From Lytechinus pictus (taxonomy: Eukaryota): a DNA stretch of 64,000 nucleotides. The position numbers and the translations under genes are program-made. The notes under the pieces are model-generated. The model did not search any database and was not told where the DNA came from. It saw only the letters and a program-made list of their open reading frames with translations. Below are positions 23,953 to 35,895 of this stretch, piece by piece. Numbering within the stretch: the stretch's first letter is position 1; every line of letters starts with the position of its first letter. The stretch is from the NCBI RefSeq assembly GCF_037042905.1, contig NC_087250.1, forward strand, positions 28,336,001-28,400,000, in the 5' to 3' direction.

Positions 23953-24864
23953 TTGTCTAAGTCCCCCGATTCTCTCGTCGAGAACACTGAGGCCAAATCC
24001 TCGACTTCGATGTCGACAAGCGACCAGATTAGAGATTACCGTGAAGGTCATCGTCGACGTTTCTTGTCAGAGCAGCTAAATGATGTCATCGAATGTGCTG
24101 ATACCAAACCTTCGACTTCGAAGACGATGAGTGAAGAGATCACTGATTATCAACGAAGAGATCGCCGAGGCCGCTTGTCTGAACTCCCCGATGTCGTCAT
24201 AGAAGGTGACTCGATGATAAAACACATCGTGGGCCGACTCCTCAGCCGAAAGCGGAATGTTGTCTGCCATCCAAATCCAGGGGCAAAGGTGGCTAACATC
24301 TCCTCGAATGTAACTGAGGGTGTTAAGAGGAAGGGTGACGTCATTCTTCATATTGGATCGAATGACTTATCGAAGGATAATGGAAGTCCACAGATCGCTG
24401 AAAACATCGTATCCTTAGCAGACGCTAACTCAGCGAATGGCTGTGAAGTTGGCTTGTCCAGTATAATTCACCGCAGGTGGGAATCAGCTCATCAGAGACG
24501 CCGGGTTGATGTGGTAAATGAGCGACTAAAGAGAGCTTCACGTGAAAGGGGATGGGGTTTCATCGACAACAACAACATCGGTGACAGGCACCTTGGTAAG
24601 GATGGAGTACATATAAATAAGGCAGGACAAGCTGTTCTAGCCTCAAATTTTCGACGCTTCATCGAGCGACTTCGAGGGCAAGCTCCACTTGATCAGAATA
24701 TGACCTACGCTGAAGCTCTGATGGGATCTTCAACGCAGGATTTCGAGGTGATTCCACCCAGAGGGAGGCTGAAATCAACCCCGGTCCATCCTTGGCTTCC
24801 ACAGACGAAAGATCAACAGGAGTGGCACGAGTATATACGTTTCGTCAAAGCAGCATGCAGCTAA
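23953..24864 (+). CDS. LINE ORF1 (partial), SGNH/GDSL esterase-like domain
   Basis: Motifs GDSMIK, PGAKV, HIGSND, DGVH. The annotated start is TTG, so the true start has probably been truncated. Confidence 0.85.
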   Translation: MSKSPDSLVENTEAKSSTSMSTSDQIRDYREGHRRRFLSEQLNDVIECADTKPSTSKTMSEEITDYQRRDRRGRLSELPDVVIEGDSMIKHIVGRLLSRKRNVVCHPNPGAKVANISSNVTEGVKRKGDVILHIGSNDLSKDNGSPQIAENIVSLADANSANGCEVGLSSIIHRRWESAHQRRRVDVVNERLKRASRERGWGFIDNNNIGDRHLGKDGVHINKAGQAVLASNFRRFIERLRGQAPLDQNMTYAEALMGSSTQDFEVIPPRGRLKSTPVHPWLPQTKDQQEWHEYIRFVKAACS

Positions 24865-27800
24865 ACTCTGTCTCTAACTGTGGTGAATCTTGTGGAAGCC
24901 GTGACGAATCTTATTCAATATCACCATCATTTTCTCGTAACTCTTCACAAGTTGGTAATGAGACTTTTAATCACCTTGATACATCCAGTAGGCCTACTGG
25001 TAGTTTTGAAAATGATTTTCAGGAACCATCACATCAACTGAGAAAGGGTAAAATTAATCAATTAGTAAATGGTTCAGTTCCTAGGTTTAGAAACAGAGGC
25101 TTAAAATTTGCTCATTTGAATATTCACAGTTTAATTGCTAAAATTGATGAACTTAGATTACTTCTGAGAAATTCATCATTTGATGTTGTCGGATTGAATG
25201 AGACACTTTGCGACTCAATGATTGATGATTCTGAATTGCGTATTGATGATTATGTCTTATTACGTAGAGATCGTACGAGACACGGAGGTGGTGTGGCTGT
25301 ATACATATCGAAGAAGTTCAATTACAAAAGAAGGGATGATCTGATTTCACCAAATTTAGAATGTATTTGGTTTGAATTGCATTATCCAAACAAGTCTCCA
25401 ATTCTGGTTGGGGAGTTTTATAGACCTCCGAATTCTCATGTTGATTTCTTTGAAGAATTAGACAGAAACTTGGATGCTGCTCTCTTGGAAGATATGAGCA
25501 GTATGATTTTGGGTGATTTCAACTGTGATTGTATGCCACAACAAAATGATGTGAATGGGGAAAAAATAATGTTTTATACAAATATGTACGGGCTGAGTCA
25601 GCTAATTGATACTGCTACAAGAGTCACAAATACCTCTGCCACTTTAATTGATTTGATATTTGTATCAGACAAAGAACTATACAGTGAATGGGGAATATTT
25701 GAAACTAGTATAAGTGATCATTATTTGGTGTATACAATTCGCGATTTCAGTGCTAAGATGTATAAAGATTCCGAATTTGTAGAATTTCGTTCATTTAAAA
25801 ATCTTGATGAGGAAACATTTTATAGTGAATTGAGAAATATTCCTTGGCAGGTCGTAAAAGATATAGATGATGTTGATGTTGCTTGGGATGTATGGTTGAC
25901 TTTTTTCAATGATGTAATCAACAGGCACATTCCCTTTTGTAAAAAGCGGATAAGAAAAAAAGCTTGTCCTTGGATATCTGACGAGGTCGTCAAGCTAATG
26001 AAGGAACGTGATAAGGTTCTAAAAACAGCTAAAGTTAACAAAAATAATGATATTTGGGACACATACAAATTTCTGAAAAATAAAGTTATTCATCTCATGA
26101 GAAAAAGTAAAAAAGAATATAATGCTAACCAGATTTCACAAAATCAAAACAATAGTAAGAAAATGTGGATATGTTTGAGAGAACTTGTGCCCAAGTCATT
26201 ACCTATTTCTCCCAACACCATAAACGTAGATGGAACAGATGTGTCGGGCAATGCAAATATTGCTGAAGCATTTAATGAATTTTTCATTTCAAATGCTACT
26301 AATATTACTAAGGACCTGCAAAGGGATGCGTCTCAACAGAGAGTTCAAGTAGAAGATGATACAAATGTTGGTTCAATTCACTCTCAATTTGAGCTAGAGT
26401 TGATTACTAGAGATTTTGTTTTGAAACAGATTGATAATCTGAGTATAGATAAATCAACTGGGGAAGATCATGTCAGCTGCAAACTTTTAAAGATGACAAA
26501 AAATGTTATCGCAGAGTCCCTTTGTGATATTATTAACAAATCCCTTACTACTGGAGTTGTTCCTCGTGAATGGAAAAAGGCTCGGGTAGTACCAATATTT
26601 AAATCTGGTGATATGTCTTCGTTGAATAATTACCGCCCAATTTCTATATTACCAATCGTGAGTAAAATTTTAGAAAGGGCTGTTCACCAACAGCTAAGTG
26701 AATTCTTGGACGTGAATGATTTATTACACCCAAATCAATCTGGTTTTCGGCCTATGCATTCAACAACTACTGCCCTTGCAAAACTTGTAAATCAGTGGTC
26801 GTTAAACATTGATAACAATTTAATTTCTGGAGTTGCGTTCATAGATCTTCGAAAGGCCTTTGATACCGTGGACCATGAGCTGCTTTTAAAGAAATTAACT
26901 TGCATTGGTTGTAGTAAGAGGACTATCACTTGGTTCAAATCATATTTATTTGATCGACAACAAGTGACACAATTTAAAGGAGCCAAATCGCACCCTTCAA
27001 TCGTCAAATTAGGCGTGCCACAAGGGTCAATTCTAGGTCCCCTTTTATTTTCAATATATGTTAATAGTTTACCTGAATGTATTCATGAAGGTATTATAGA
27101 TATGTACGCTGACGACACGACACTTACCGTCAGTGCGAATGATGCGACAGTTTTGGAAGAAAAATTAACTGTTGCATTAAACAAGGTCATGGCATGGATT
27201 AAAGATAATCAGCTCGTCCTCAACACTGAAAAAACTTGTGTCATGATAATAGGTTCTCGTGCTAATCTCAGGAAAATAGATTCTTTCACGATTTTGTTAA
27301 ACGGTGATTTGATAAATAGAGTTCAATTCACCAAATGCTTAGGAGTTTTGATAGATGAAGAACTGAAATGGTCAAAACAAATAGAAAATGTATGTAAACT
27401 TACTCAGAAAAGCATTGGCATAATAAAGAGAGCGAAAAGTTCTTTGCCTGTGCAGTCCTTAAAGTTGCTTTATAACAGTTTAGTGTTGCCAAGATTTGAT
27501 TACTGTTCTGCTGTATGGTCGAATAAATTTCAATCCCATACAATTAAGCTGCAAAAAATTCAGAAGAGGGCTGCAAGAATTATATTGAACAAGACATACG
27601 ACACACCGTCGGCTGATTTGTTCACAAGTCTTAAATGGATGACACTAGACAAACGATTTGAGCTCAGTCGCGTTTTGATGATATTTAAATGTGTCCATAA
27701 TTTAGCACCTTCTTACCTTCAGGTAAACTTAACCAATCCAAATGATGTACATGAACATCATACCAGACAGAGAGACAGTGGATATTTACGCGTGCCCAAG

Positions 27801-27935
27801 TTTCGCACTGATTGTTATAAGTGTAGTCCAATCGTATCTTCAATATTTAAATGGAATAAGCTTGATAATTCAATTAGAACAGCTCCTTCTGTCATTTCAT
27901 TTAAGAGAATGTTTAAAAGAACTTGTAATTTATAA
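24855..27935 (+). CDS. LINE ORF2: APE endonuclease + reverse transcriptase
   Basis: HLNIHS, LNET, GDFN, IDLIF, SDHY; NYRPISIL, QSGFR, DLRKAFD, GVPQGSILGP, YADDT. First ATG at 24855 (frame open from 24792). No stops. Confidence 0.95.
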   Translation: MQLNSVSNCGESCGSRDESYSISPSFSRNSSQVGNETFNHLDTSSRPTGSFENDFQEPSHQLRKGKINQLVNGSVPRFRNRGLKFAHLNIHSLIAKIDELRLLLRNSSFDVVGLNETLCDSMIDDSELRIDDYVLLRRDRTRHGGGVAVYISKKFNYKRRDDLISPNLECIWFELHYPNKSPILVGEFYRPPNSHVDFFEELDRNLDAALLEDMSSMILGDFNCDCMPQQNDVNGEKIMFYTNMYGLSQLIDTATRVTNTSATLIDLIFVSDKELYSEWGIFETSISDHYLVYTIRDFSAKMYKDSEFVEFRSFKNLDEETFYSELRNIPWQVVKDIDDVDVAWDVWLTFFNDVINRHIPFCKKRIRKKACPWISDEVVKLMKERDKVLKTAKVNKNNDIWDTYKFLKNKVIHLMRKSKKEYNANQISQNQNNSKKMWICLRELVPKSLPISPNTINVDGTDVSGNANIAEAFNEFFISNATNITKDLQRDASQQRVQVEDDTNVGSIHSQFELELITRDFVLKQIDNLSIDKSTGEDHVSCKLLKMTKNVIAESLCDIINKSLTTGVVPREWKKARVVPIFKSGDMSSLNNYRPISILPIVSKILERAVHQQLSEFLDVNDLLHPNQSGFRPMHSTTTALAKLVNQWSLNIDNNLISGVAFIDLRKAFDTVDHELLLKKLTCIGCSKRTITWFKSYLFDRQQVTQFKGAKSHPSIVKLGVPQGSILGPLLFSIYVNSLPECIHEGIIDMYADDTTLTVSANDATVLEEKLTVALNKVMAWIKDNQLVLNTEKTCVMIIGSRANLRKIDSFTILLNGDLINRVQFTKCLGVLIDEELKWSKQIENVCKLTQKSIGIIKRAKSSLPVQSLKLLYNSLVLPRFDYCSAVWSNKFQSHTIKLQKIQKRAARIILNKTYDTPSADLFTSLKWMTLDKRFELSRVLMIFKCVHNLAPSYLQVNLTNPNDVHEHHTRQRDSGYLRVPKFRTDCYKCSPIVSSIFKWNKLDNSIRTAPSVISFKRMFKRTCNL

Positions 27936-30349
27936 ATAACTTGCGGAACATCCACTGTTGTGCTTATTTTGTGTTAGCATGACCTTGATGATTTGGTGTA
28001 TATTATCAGTATTTTCAAGATGTCCTTCTTAATTAATTTGATTTATTGATATTTTATTATACGTCAAACGAGTGCCCGTCTGCGTTTTGTTTGCTGCTAA
28101 GTTTGTTAATGTTTCGTTTTACATTCAAATCCTATTGTGAATCTTAATGATGTAACATTCTGTACATACGTTATGCATTTTGTAAATATGTTTATTGTTA
28201 TTCAGGGCCTCATGGAAGACCACTACTTATTGGTGAATGGGCTACCCTGTCAAAATATCAGAAATAAATAAATAAATAAACAAACGTCCATCAAACTGTC
28301 ATTTTTTTCAGATCGAAATATCAAAATTTAAGCTTGCGCTTCGCGCTCGCATCTATTGTTTTATTAGATACCCAAAATTAATCATTGGTAACAAAAATGC
28401 ATAGAATATCAAGCTTTCTGGTCAGAATATAAAGAAATTTTAGCTCGCCCTCGGCACTCGCATTACCTGTGTAGTGAGATATGTATCCTCCTCATGAGTT
28501 ACTACAAAGAGTCCTGAACAGGCACCTTTTTTCCTGTTTTCAGGTCAGTATACTAAAAAATTTCAGCTCGCGCTTCGCGCTCGCATTAATTTGTTGGTGA
28601 GATATGTGTTTCTATCTCATGAGTCATATAAATATGTATACATATATATATATATATATATATATATGCATAAGTGTGTGTGTGTTTGTGTGAGTTTGTT
28701 TGTTTTGTGTGATATCGAGCGCCTTTGGAAAGTTGATTCATGATTTTGCCCCCCAAATCTTAAAAAAAGGATCGACGCCCCTCTATATATATATATATAC
28801 ATATAGTAAAAAAAAACCTTGTATCTCTATTAATATACAAAAGTATTGGCCTCATCGCAATAAAAGGGTTAATACACGAGATTTTGAAATCGCACATAAC
28901 ATGCATAATTTTGTGTTACTTTTTGCTTGTTTCTTTCTTTAATAAGTTTTTCAATCTCTCTCTATATATGTTTTAGAAAGATTATATGTTTAAATTGATG
29001 TATATTTTCTGTTATAATGAGATATGAAGTGGACTTCAGGGAATGGTCGTACGCAGCAAGGGGGAAGGGGGGGGGGGCACATTCGCGATCTGCTGTTGTG
29101 AAAAACGATTTTTTTTTTTTCCTTAACATTTCATGAAAACTATGAAAAATGTGCAAATGTGAGACGTGCACCAAATTTTCGAGTCTTGCCCCCCCCCCGG
29201 AAATATTATCTGCGTGTGGTCATGCAAAATGGCATGACTGGAAATCCTACATTTTGAAAAGAGCATTTGACAGGGTCAGACTTAACCCCTTTTTCAACAT
29301 TTTCTTTTATGGCGCCGGTGAAGTGCAAAAATATGTGCGCCGCTCGGTAGTGCGCCCCCCCTTTCGCCAAAAGCTGGATCCGCCTATGGATGATGAAAAA
29401 CGTTATGTGATGCAGGTGATATTGAAAGGTCAATACTCGCCATAGAGGTGTAGTGAAATATTCTATCAACCCAGAAAGACATTAATATTTCAAATTGACC
29501 CACTATTAACCGTACAGTCTATACTATCGTGCGATCGACACAGCTGGAGGCTGGAAATCGATAGCTTTAGAACCCAATTAAAGTTTAATTGACGCCATAT
29601 TTCTTGCAAGTAACTGGTGGATAGTTGGAGCTAAGTGTGTTTATTGGATGCATAATGGGCATTAGTATGAAGGCAATGATGTCAGGTAGGTCTATAATAA
29701 TGAACGAAAGAGGAAGAGAGAGAGGGAGAGAGACAGACTGTGTGTGAGGTTGAGGATGTGTGCGTTTATGTACGGGATTTTAAAAGAGGGGGAGGGTGTG
29801 CGTGAAATATAGAGAGAGAGAGAGAAAGGGGAGAAAGGAAGGGTTTAATGTGTGTTTGGGAGGTTTTAAACTGTATGAGGGTGTGGATGTGGGAAAGATA
29901 GACGGAGAGAGGGGGTGGGGGAGAGACAAAGAAGTAGGAAGTTGACAGGAACCCAGAACACGAAATAACTTTATGCTATCTTGCGGCACTTTATTGATAA
30001 AGATCAATTCGGAATATTGATAATAATGATGGATTCCTTTATGAAATATCAGATATTGTGAGCAAATTTCTCGCTTTATCGTAAAAAAAGAAATTTCTGG
30101 TTATCCAATCAAGTTAAATTATTTCTAAATCAATTTTGCGCTCTGATTGTAACCAGAACAGTATTCACGGTACTTCTTACATAAACACTCCCTTTACAAC
30201 AGGTACCTATCTATATTGCACAATTCGTCGACTTATTTCATTGTTTTAGTTCATTGCATCCCCTTCTGTTCCTATACACTTCCCCATTTCCCCTCCTACA
30301 TGTACCTTTCATCGAAATATTGTACAATGTAACTTCATATAGTGCATTC

Positions 30350-31272
30350 TGTTACGATGCTGCAACAAATAACAATGAAAATTTAGTTTTAAATTTGAGT
30401 TCCTTTTCTTTTATTACAGGAAATAGATCAATCCTACATGTACACTAAACAAAACAAAAGTAATAATGATCTTAGATTAGATGTCTTGAAGAGTTAGATG
30501 TGCAATCCAAGGCTATGATAGTCCTGTATTAAATACAAATAAAATCCAAGTTGGTTGGCGAAGATTCCTTAAATTACAGTTCACAATGATGGCGATGATA
30601 AAATTGATGTTGAAGCACGATGAATAACAAGAGTCACTGTAACGAGTTTAAATGTCTGTGAAGACGATGTTGATGATGATTAATTTCAGCAATCCATGGG
30701 TTGAAAAGCGTTCATTAAAACAGTTGATGATCTCGATGAGAACTAAGAATTCCTCTCTTAAAGTAACTGCAAACAGTTCATTGGTGGCGTGCAAATAATT
30801 CCACAGAAGATAAATGTTGTATTTCAGTTGGAAATAAACTATGCTCTGACATAATGTCAGGCGTGAAGTTCTGATCTGATATGATGATGTCCTTGAAGAA
30901 ACTGCCAGCTTATATATATAAATTTCTACTATTCTGGAAGCTTGTAGTATTGTCTTTAAAAAGAACATTATCCTCCTTAAGTTTCTAGAATAGTCCACTC
31001 CTAGAAGACTCTTCAATGACCTCAGTGAAATTAACAATGTAAACAACACAGCTAATCCTTTTGTCTTTTTCACTACCACTAGGAGTCTATTGTCTATCAT
31101 AGTTCATTCCAGAAATAACAAAGATTACTCTATCTCATTAAATAGACACACCTAACAAAGATTTACTGAGACATTCTGGAATAATCTATATCATTCTACG
31201 CTATGAATATCCTTAAAGGAAAAATAACTATATAAATGAATGTAATTGTTCTTATGATTCTACTTATAAACA
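30350..31272 (-). mobile_element. Probable solo LTR (Gypsy-like)
   Basis: TGTTA..TAAACA termini with 4-bp TSD ATTC (30346-49 and 31273-76). On the minus strand: TTTCCTTTAAG near the 5' end, TATATAAG TATA box at ~30910-30920, AATAAA at ~30410. Confidence 0.5.
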
Positions 31273-31366
31273 ATTCGTGATAATGCTACAGTCATGCCAA
31301 CAAGACTGGCTCAAAACTGACGTATAGTTTATCATTGGTAATAACGTTGTACACATTGTAGGTCTA

Positions 31367-33037
31367 GGGATGTTTCCCAGAGATTGAAGTATTACGTGCC
31401 ACCCAGATGTTCAGACAATCATCTCGTCATGTCTACAATCCTTGAAAAAGATGACGATATGACAAGATCTTGGATCTCGTCGTGTCTACATCCAATGGAG
31501 GAGATGATCATAATGACAAGATCTTGGATCTCGTCATGTCTACATCCAATGGAGGAGATAATCATAATGACAAGATCTTGGATCTCGTCGTGTCTACATC
31601 CAATGGAGGAGATAATCATAATGACAAGATCTTGGATCTCGTCATGTCTACATCCAATGGAGGAGATGATCATAATGACAAGATCTTGGATCTCGTCATG
31701 TTTACATCCAATGGAGGAGATGATCATAATGACAAGATCTTGGATCTCGTCATGTCTACATCCAATGGAGGAGATGATCATAATGACAAGATCTTGGATC
31801 TCGTCATGTCTACATCCAATGGAGGAGATGATCATAATGACAAGATCTTGGATCTCGTCATGTCTACATCCAATGGAGGAGATAATCATAATGACAAGAT
31901 CTTGGATCTCGTCATGTCTCCATCCAATGGAGGAGATGATCATAATGACAAGATCTTGGATCTCGTCATGTCTACATCCAATGGAGGAGATGATCATAAT
32001 GACAAGATCTTGGATCTCGTCATGTTTACATCCAATGGAGGAGATGATCATAATGACAAGATCTTGGATCTTGTCATGTCTACATCCAATGGAGGAGATG
32101 ATCATAATGACAAGATCTTGGATCTCGTCATGTCTACATCCAATGGAGGAGATGATCATAATGACAAGATCTTGGATCTAGTCATGTCTACATCCAATGG
32201 AGGAGATAATCATAATGACAAGATCTTGGATCTCGTCATGTCTACATCCAATGGAGGAGATAATCATAATGACAAGATCTTGGATCTCGTCATGTTTACA
32301 TCCAATGGAGGAGATAATCATAATGACAAGATCTTGGATCTCGTCATGTCTACATCCAATGGAGGAGATGATCATAATGACAAGATCTTGGATCTCGTCA
32401 TGTCTACATCCAATGGAGGAGATAATCATAATGAAAAGATCTTGGATCTCGTCATGTTTACATCCAATGGAGGAGATAATCATAATGACAAGATCTTGGA
32501 TCTCGTCATGTCTACATCCAATGGATGAGATAATCATAATGACAAGATCTTGGATCTAGTCATGTCTACATCCAATGGAGGAGATAATCATAATGACAAG
32601 ATCTTGGATCTCGTCATGTCTACATCCAATGGAGGAGATAATCATAATGACAAGATCTTGGATCTAGTCATGTCTACATCCAATGGAGGAGATAATCATA
32701 ATGACAAGATCTTGGATCTCGTCATGTCTACATCCTATGGGAGATATGATCAGATGACAAGATCTTGGATCCATGGTAATTCGTCATATCTACATCTTTT
32801 AAAAGAGATGATTAGATGACATGCTCATGGATCCAAGATCTTGTCATTTGATCATCTCTCCCACAGGATGTAGATATGATGAGATCCAAGACCTTGTCAT
32901 CTGATCATCTCTCCCACAGGATGTAGATATGATGATATCCAGGATTAATCATCTCATCACCTCTCCCATAGGATGTAGACATGACAAGATCCGAAGGTGC
33001 AACTATTAGTCATACTTAAATCTTTGAGTAACACCCC
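31367..33037. mobile_element. MITE termini enclosing a foldback 54-bp satellite
   Basis: Left GGGATGTTTCCCAGAGATTGAAGTAT vs right reverse complement GGGGTGTTACTCAAAGATTTAAGTAT (21/26 match). Confidence 0.6.
31459..32992. repeat. 54-bp tandem repeat (~24 direct units) followed by ~3 inverted units
   Basis: Unit ATGACAAGATCTTGGATCTCGTCATGTCTACATCCAATGGAGGAGATGATCATA from 31459 to ~32775. Orientation flips around TTTTAAAA (~32797-32804). Confidence 0.97.
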
Positions 33038-33039
33038 AG

Positions 33040-33180
33040 GGTTCCGTAACGCAAAGGTTTGCAATCATTCGCTAAATACCAATGACCAATCAAGATCATC
33101 GTTGCATGCGCGCTCTGTTCAAAATGCTGACCGGGAACCAATCAGTGAGGTTCTTTCATATTTGCGATTCATCGCAAGTG
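33040..33180. mobile_element. CWG-TSD MITE (truncated), same family as 58186-58341
   Basis: cagggttccgtaacgcaaaggtttgc.. matches the 58186 element. Confidence 0.6.
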
Positions 33181-33833
33181 AAGGTTCCCATCGGTGTGAC
33201 TGTAGCAATTTGATGTACGTCGAAAGGTTCCATGACATTTTACTCCGGCGACAATTTTTATGATGGAAAATCTACACGTAAAGCCAAATATAAACTTAAC
33301 CTCCATAACTACATGAAAGTAAACACTAAATCTTTAATTTTTACATTATTCTAAAAATAACTATGTCACAATCCTTATACTCTAACCCTATGCCTTCTGA
33401 GGTATAACACCGGAACAAAAGTCGCAGGAACATATATCGTGTCACAATGATAATACAACTCTTCGTACAGTCTTCCTTTCATGCCATTTTAGCGATCGTG
33501 CTAGTCATTCATCCGGGCATTTTATTCTCGAACTATTTCATATCTATCAGACGAGGCATGATGATTTAATTAACAGTCTATTAATATAGGCAACCTGACA
33601 CCTGCCAACAGACTCGTGTATCAGAAAGGGTTTATTGATTTTAAACTAATTACTCGAGGCAATGGGCGGAGAGAAAGAAGGTAATTTCATATGGATGGTA
33701 TGACATAGAAATCAAGGTCCGCGTATGGGGTTCAATACCAAAACACTGGGTAGGCTTATAACAATTATTTTGGAATTAATTACTTATAAAAAGTATATTA
33801 AGCTATTATTTTGCTTTCAAATAATGAATTTAA

Positions 33834-34399
33834 AGGATAAGTCCACCCCAACAAAACAATTATTAGAATCAAAATCGGATGTAAAATAAGAAAGTTATGA
33901 CATTTTAAAGTTTCGCTTAATTTCACAAAACAGTTATATGCACATCCTGGTCAGTATGCAAATGAAGAGACTGATGACGTCATCCACTCACTATTTCTTT
34001 TGTATTTTATTATATGAAATATGAAATATTCAAATGTTCTCCTCATTGTCAAGTGAAACAGTGATTAATTCTTCCCTATACATGTGGAATTAGCATCGTT
34101 TAATACTACATGTATATGGTTCAGTCGAGTTGGTCCCTTTGGTAAAATATTTAAAAAATTAAACATTGTATAATTAAAACAATAAAAACAAAAGAAATAG
34201 TGAGTGATGGACATCATCGACTGACTCATTTGCATTTCATTGAGTTGCGCATATCACTGTTTTGTGAAAAATAAGCGAAACTTTAAGATACCATAACTTT
34301 TTTATTTTACATCCGATTTTGATGAAATTTTCAATGTTATACTAGTTTGATTTTTCTCTATTTATTCAAATCAACATTTTGCTTGGGTGGACTTGACCT
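33834..34399. mobile_element. Kolobok-like MITE
   Basis: TTAA TSD (33830-33 and 34400-03), TIR AGGATAAGTCCACCC..GGGTGGACTTGACCT, long internal palindromy. Second copy at 55288-~56275. Confidence 0.8.
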
Positions 34400-34713
34400 T
34401 TAAACTGTCATTTCTTTACTCGTTGAGTGAGAAATATAGGCCTATATACGTCTCTTAGTTCACCATTTACCTCAGTTTTTTGCCCGATCATTGGGGCTTT
34501 GCATTACTTAGTTATTTATACAGACTAGTATTAATCAGTTAAGTATATATTTATGTATCGGACCGACATTTAACGTCACTATCCGAAAGGCGTAATCAAC
34601 TTGGATCACAGGTGAACGCCAATACGCTAATTGGGTAAATATTTCTTGATAAAGTGGTTAAGAGAATGGATAGGGAGTAAGGTACGGATGATACATATTA
34701 TTGTGAATACTAA

Positions 34714-34949
34714 CATGGGCGGAAATCCCTCGGGGGGACGGGTCCCCCTACTCCAAATAGTAGAGGGGGACACATTATCAAATGCCCCCCGTACTCTTTT
34801 ATAATGGAAAGAAATACATCACTCAAAATCGAAATAAAACATGTTTTTTTGACGAGTTGACCTTACTTTTTTGGTGATAACCTTTTTTTTTCTTTTCAAC
34901 TTTTCCAGCCCCTGGCCCCCCTACCTTTGGGGAGAGATTTCCGCCCTTG
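34714..34949. mobile_element. hAT-like MITE
   Basis: TIR CATGGGCGGAAATC..GATTTCCGCCCTTG with a perfect 8-bp TSD AATACTAA. Confidence 0.85.
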
Positions 34950-35623
34950 AATACTAAAAAAGGGTTTACATTTAAAAATGAAACAATGCCAGCAAACCTT
35001 TTGGTTAAGCTATGCATCCTTAGAGTCTAGAGGGAAAATAGAAAACTGTGCATTGCATTAATCTCATTCTTCTTTGCACCCGAAATGCTCGCTTTAACCT
35101 ATAAAATTAAATTTTTTATTTGTTGGGGGCATTACATTTTAGAGTTGAGGGACAACATTCGCAGATTTCTTGTAGGGTTGACCTGCACACTGACACACCA
35201 TTGTGAATAATGTGGACTATTAAAGATGCATTAATGTGCATAATAGCACACATTACCACCCTATGGGTTGCTGCTATCGGCCTATTTTGCTCCAATTTCT
35301 TAAAGTTTCAAAACTGAAACTTTATCTTGGATATAGCTGTTATCGGCAAGGCCCTTTTCATTACTGCCATCGTTTGTGTAGCTGTAGTTGTCTTCCATGT
35401 TTCAGCATCTCGCTCTTGATTTCGCTTCGAGTTGATCTTTGACCCTGTCTTCTCCTATGTTACACATACCTGTCAATCAAGTTAAAATGATTGCATTCTT
35501 GCTGGGAGAATGATGGAGAGACTTCTCATGAACGAATATGTATTGCAGGAAGCAATCGGGAGCAAACCGGACAGTAGGTCTGAAAATACAGGCAGTTCTT
35601 ATGTGTCATTACGTCTGTCTATA

Positions 35624-35895
35624 CAGGGGCGGATGCAGGATTTTCCAAAGGGGGACACATTTTTCCGAGGAAAACATTGACAAGCTCCATCCCCCTCCCA
35701 AAAAAAGACTTTTAACCAAAAATTAAAGAGATTTCTTCCCAGAAAAAAAAGTAGAAAAAAAAGGTCTTCACTTTTAAAGGGGGTGGGGGCAGCTTCTGTT
35801 CCAACGGCATGTTTACATTACAAATTTTAATTTTGCTCCTCAAAGGAAGGGGGCCACGGGCCGGCTGTGCCCCCTCCCCCATGGATCCGCAAGTG
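35624..35895. mobile_element. hAT-like MITE
   Basis: CAGGGGCGGATGCAG..TGGATCCGCAAGTG, degenerate 8-bp flanks sharing GTCTA. Confidence 0.55.

Larger units (their letters stand above)
23909..28280 (+). mobile_element. CR1/L2-group LINE, 5'-truncated within ORF1
   Basis: ORF1 + ORF2, 3' UTR hairpin CAGGG..CCCTG (28203-28249), (AAAT)n tail. Possible short TSD ACAAA. Confidence 0.9.
22392..29388. mobile_element. hAT-like non-autonomous element carrying a minisatellite and a LINE insertion
   Basis: TIR CAGTGGCGGATCCAG..CTGGATCCGCCTATG. Flanks ACTGATGA/GATGATGA (6/8 match). Internal GCTCGCGCTTCGCGCTCGC repeats lie on both sides of the LINE. Confidence 0.55.

Noticed and set aside
30648..31100. 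150-aa minus-strand ORF
   Set aside because: No recognisable homology; it spans the TATA region of the probable solo LTR.
31459..32775. CRISPR-like array, or 18-aa repeat protein ORFs (31384-32181, 31470-32528, 31419-32159 etc.)
   Set aside because: The units are near-identical along their whole length with no unique spacers, and there are no cas genes. The ORFs are open in several frames and on both strands only because 54 is divisible by 3.
33971..33990. Other CTGATGA occurrences as hammerheads (e.g. 3167, 22385, 33971, 53534, 61444)
   Set aside because: No stem II followed by a GAAA core at appropriate spacing.
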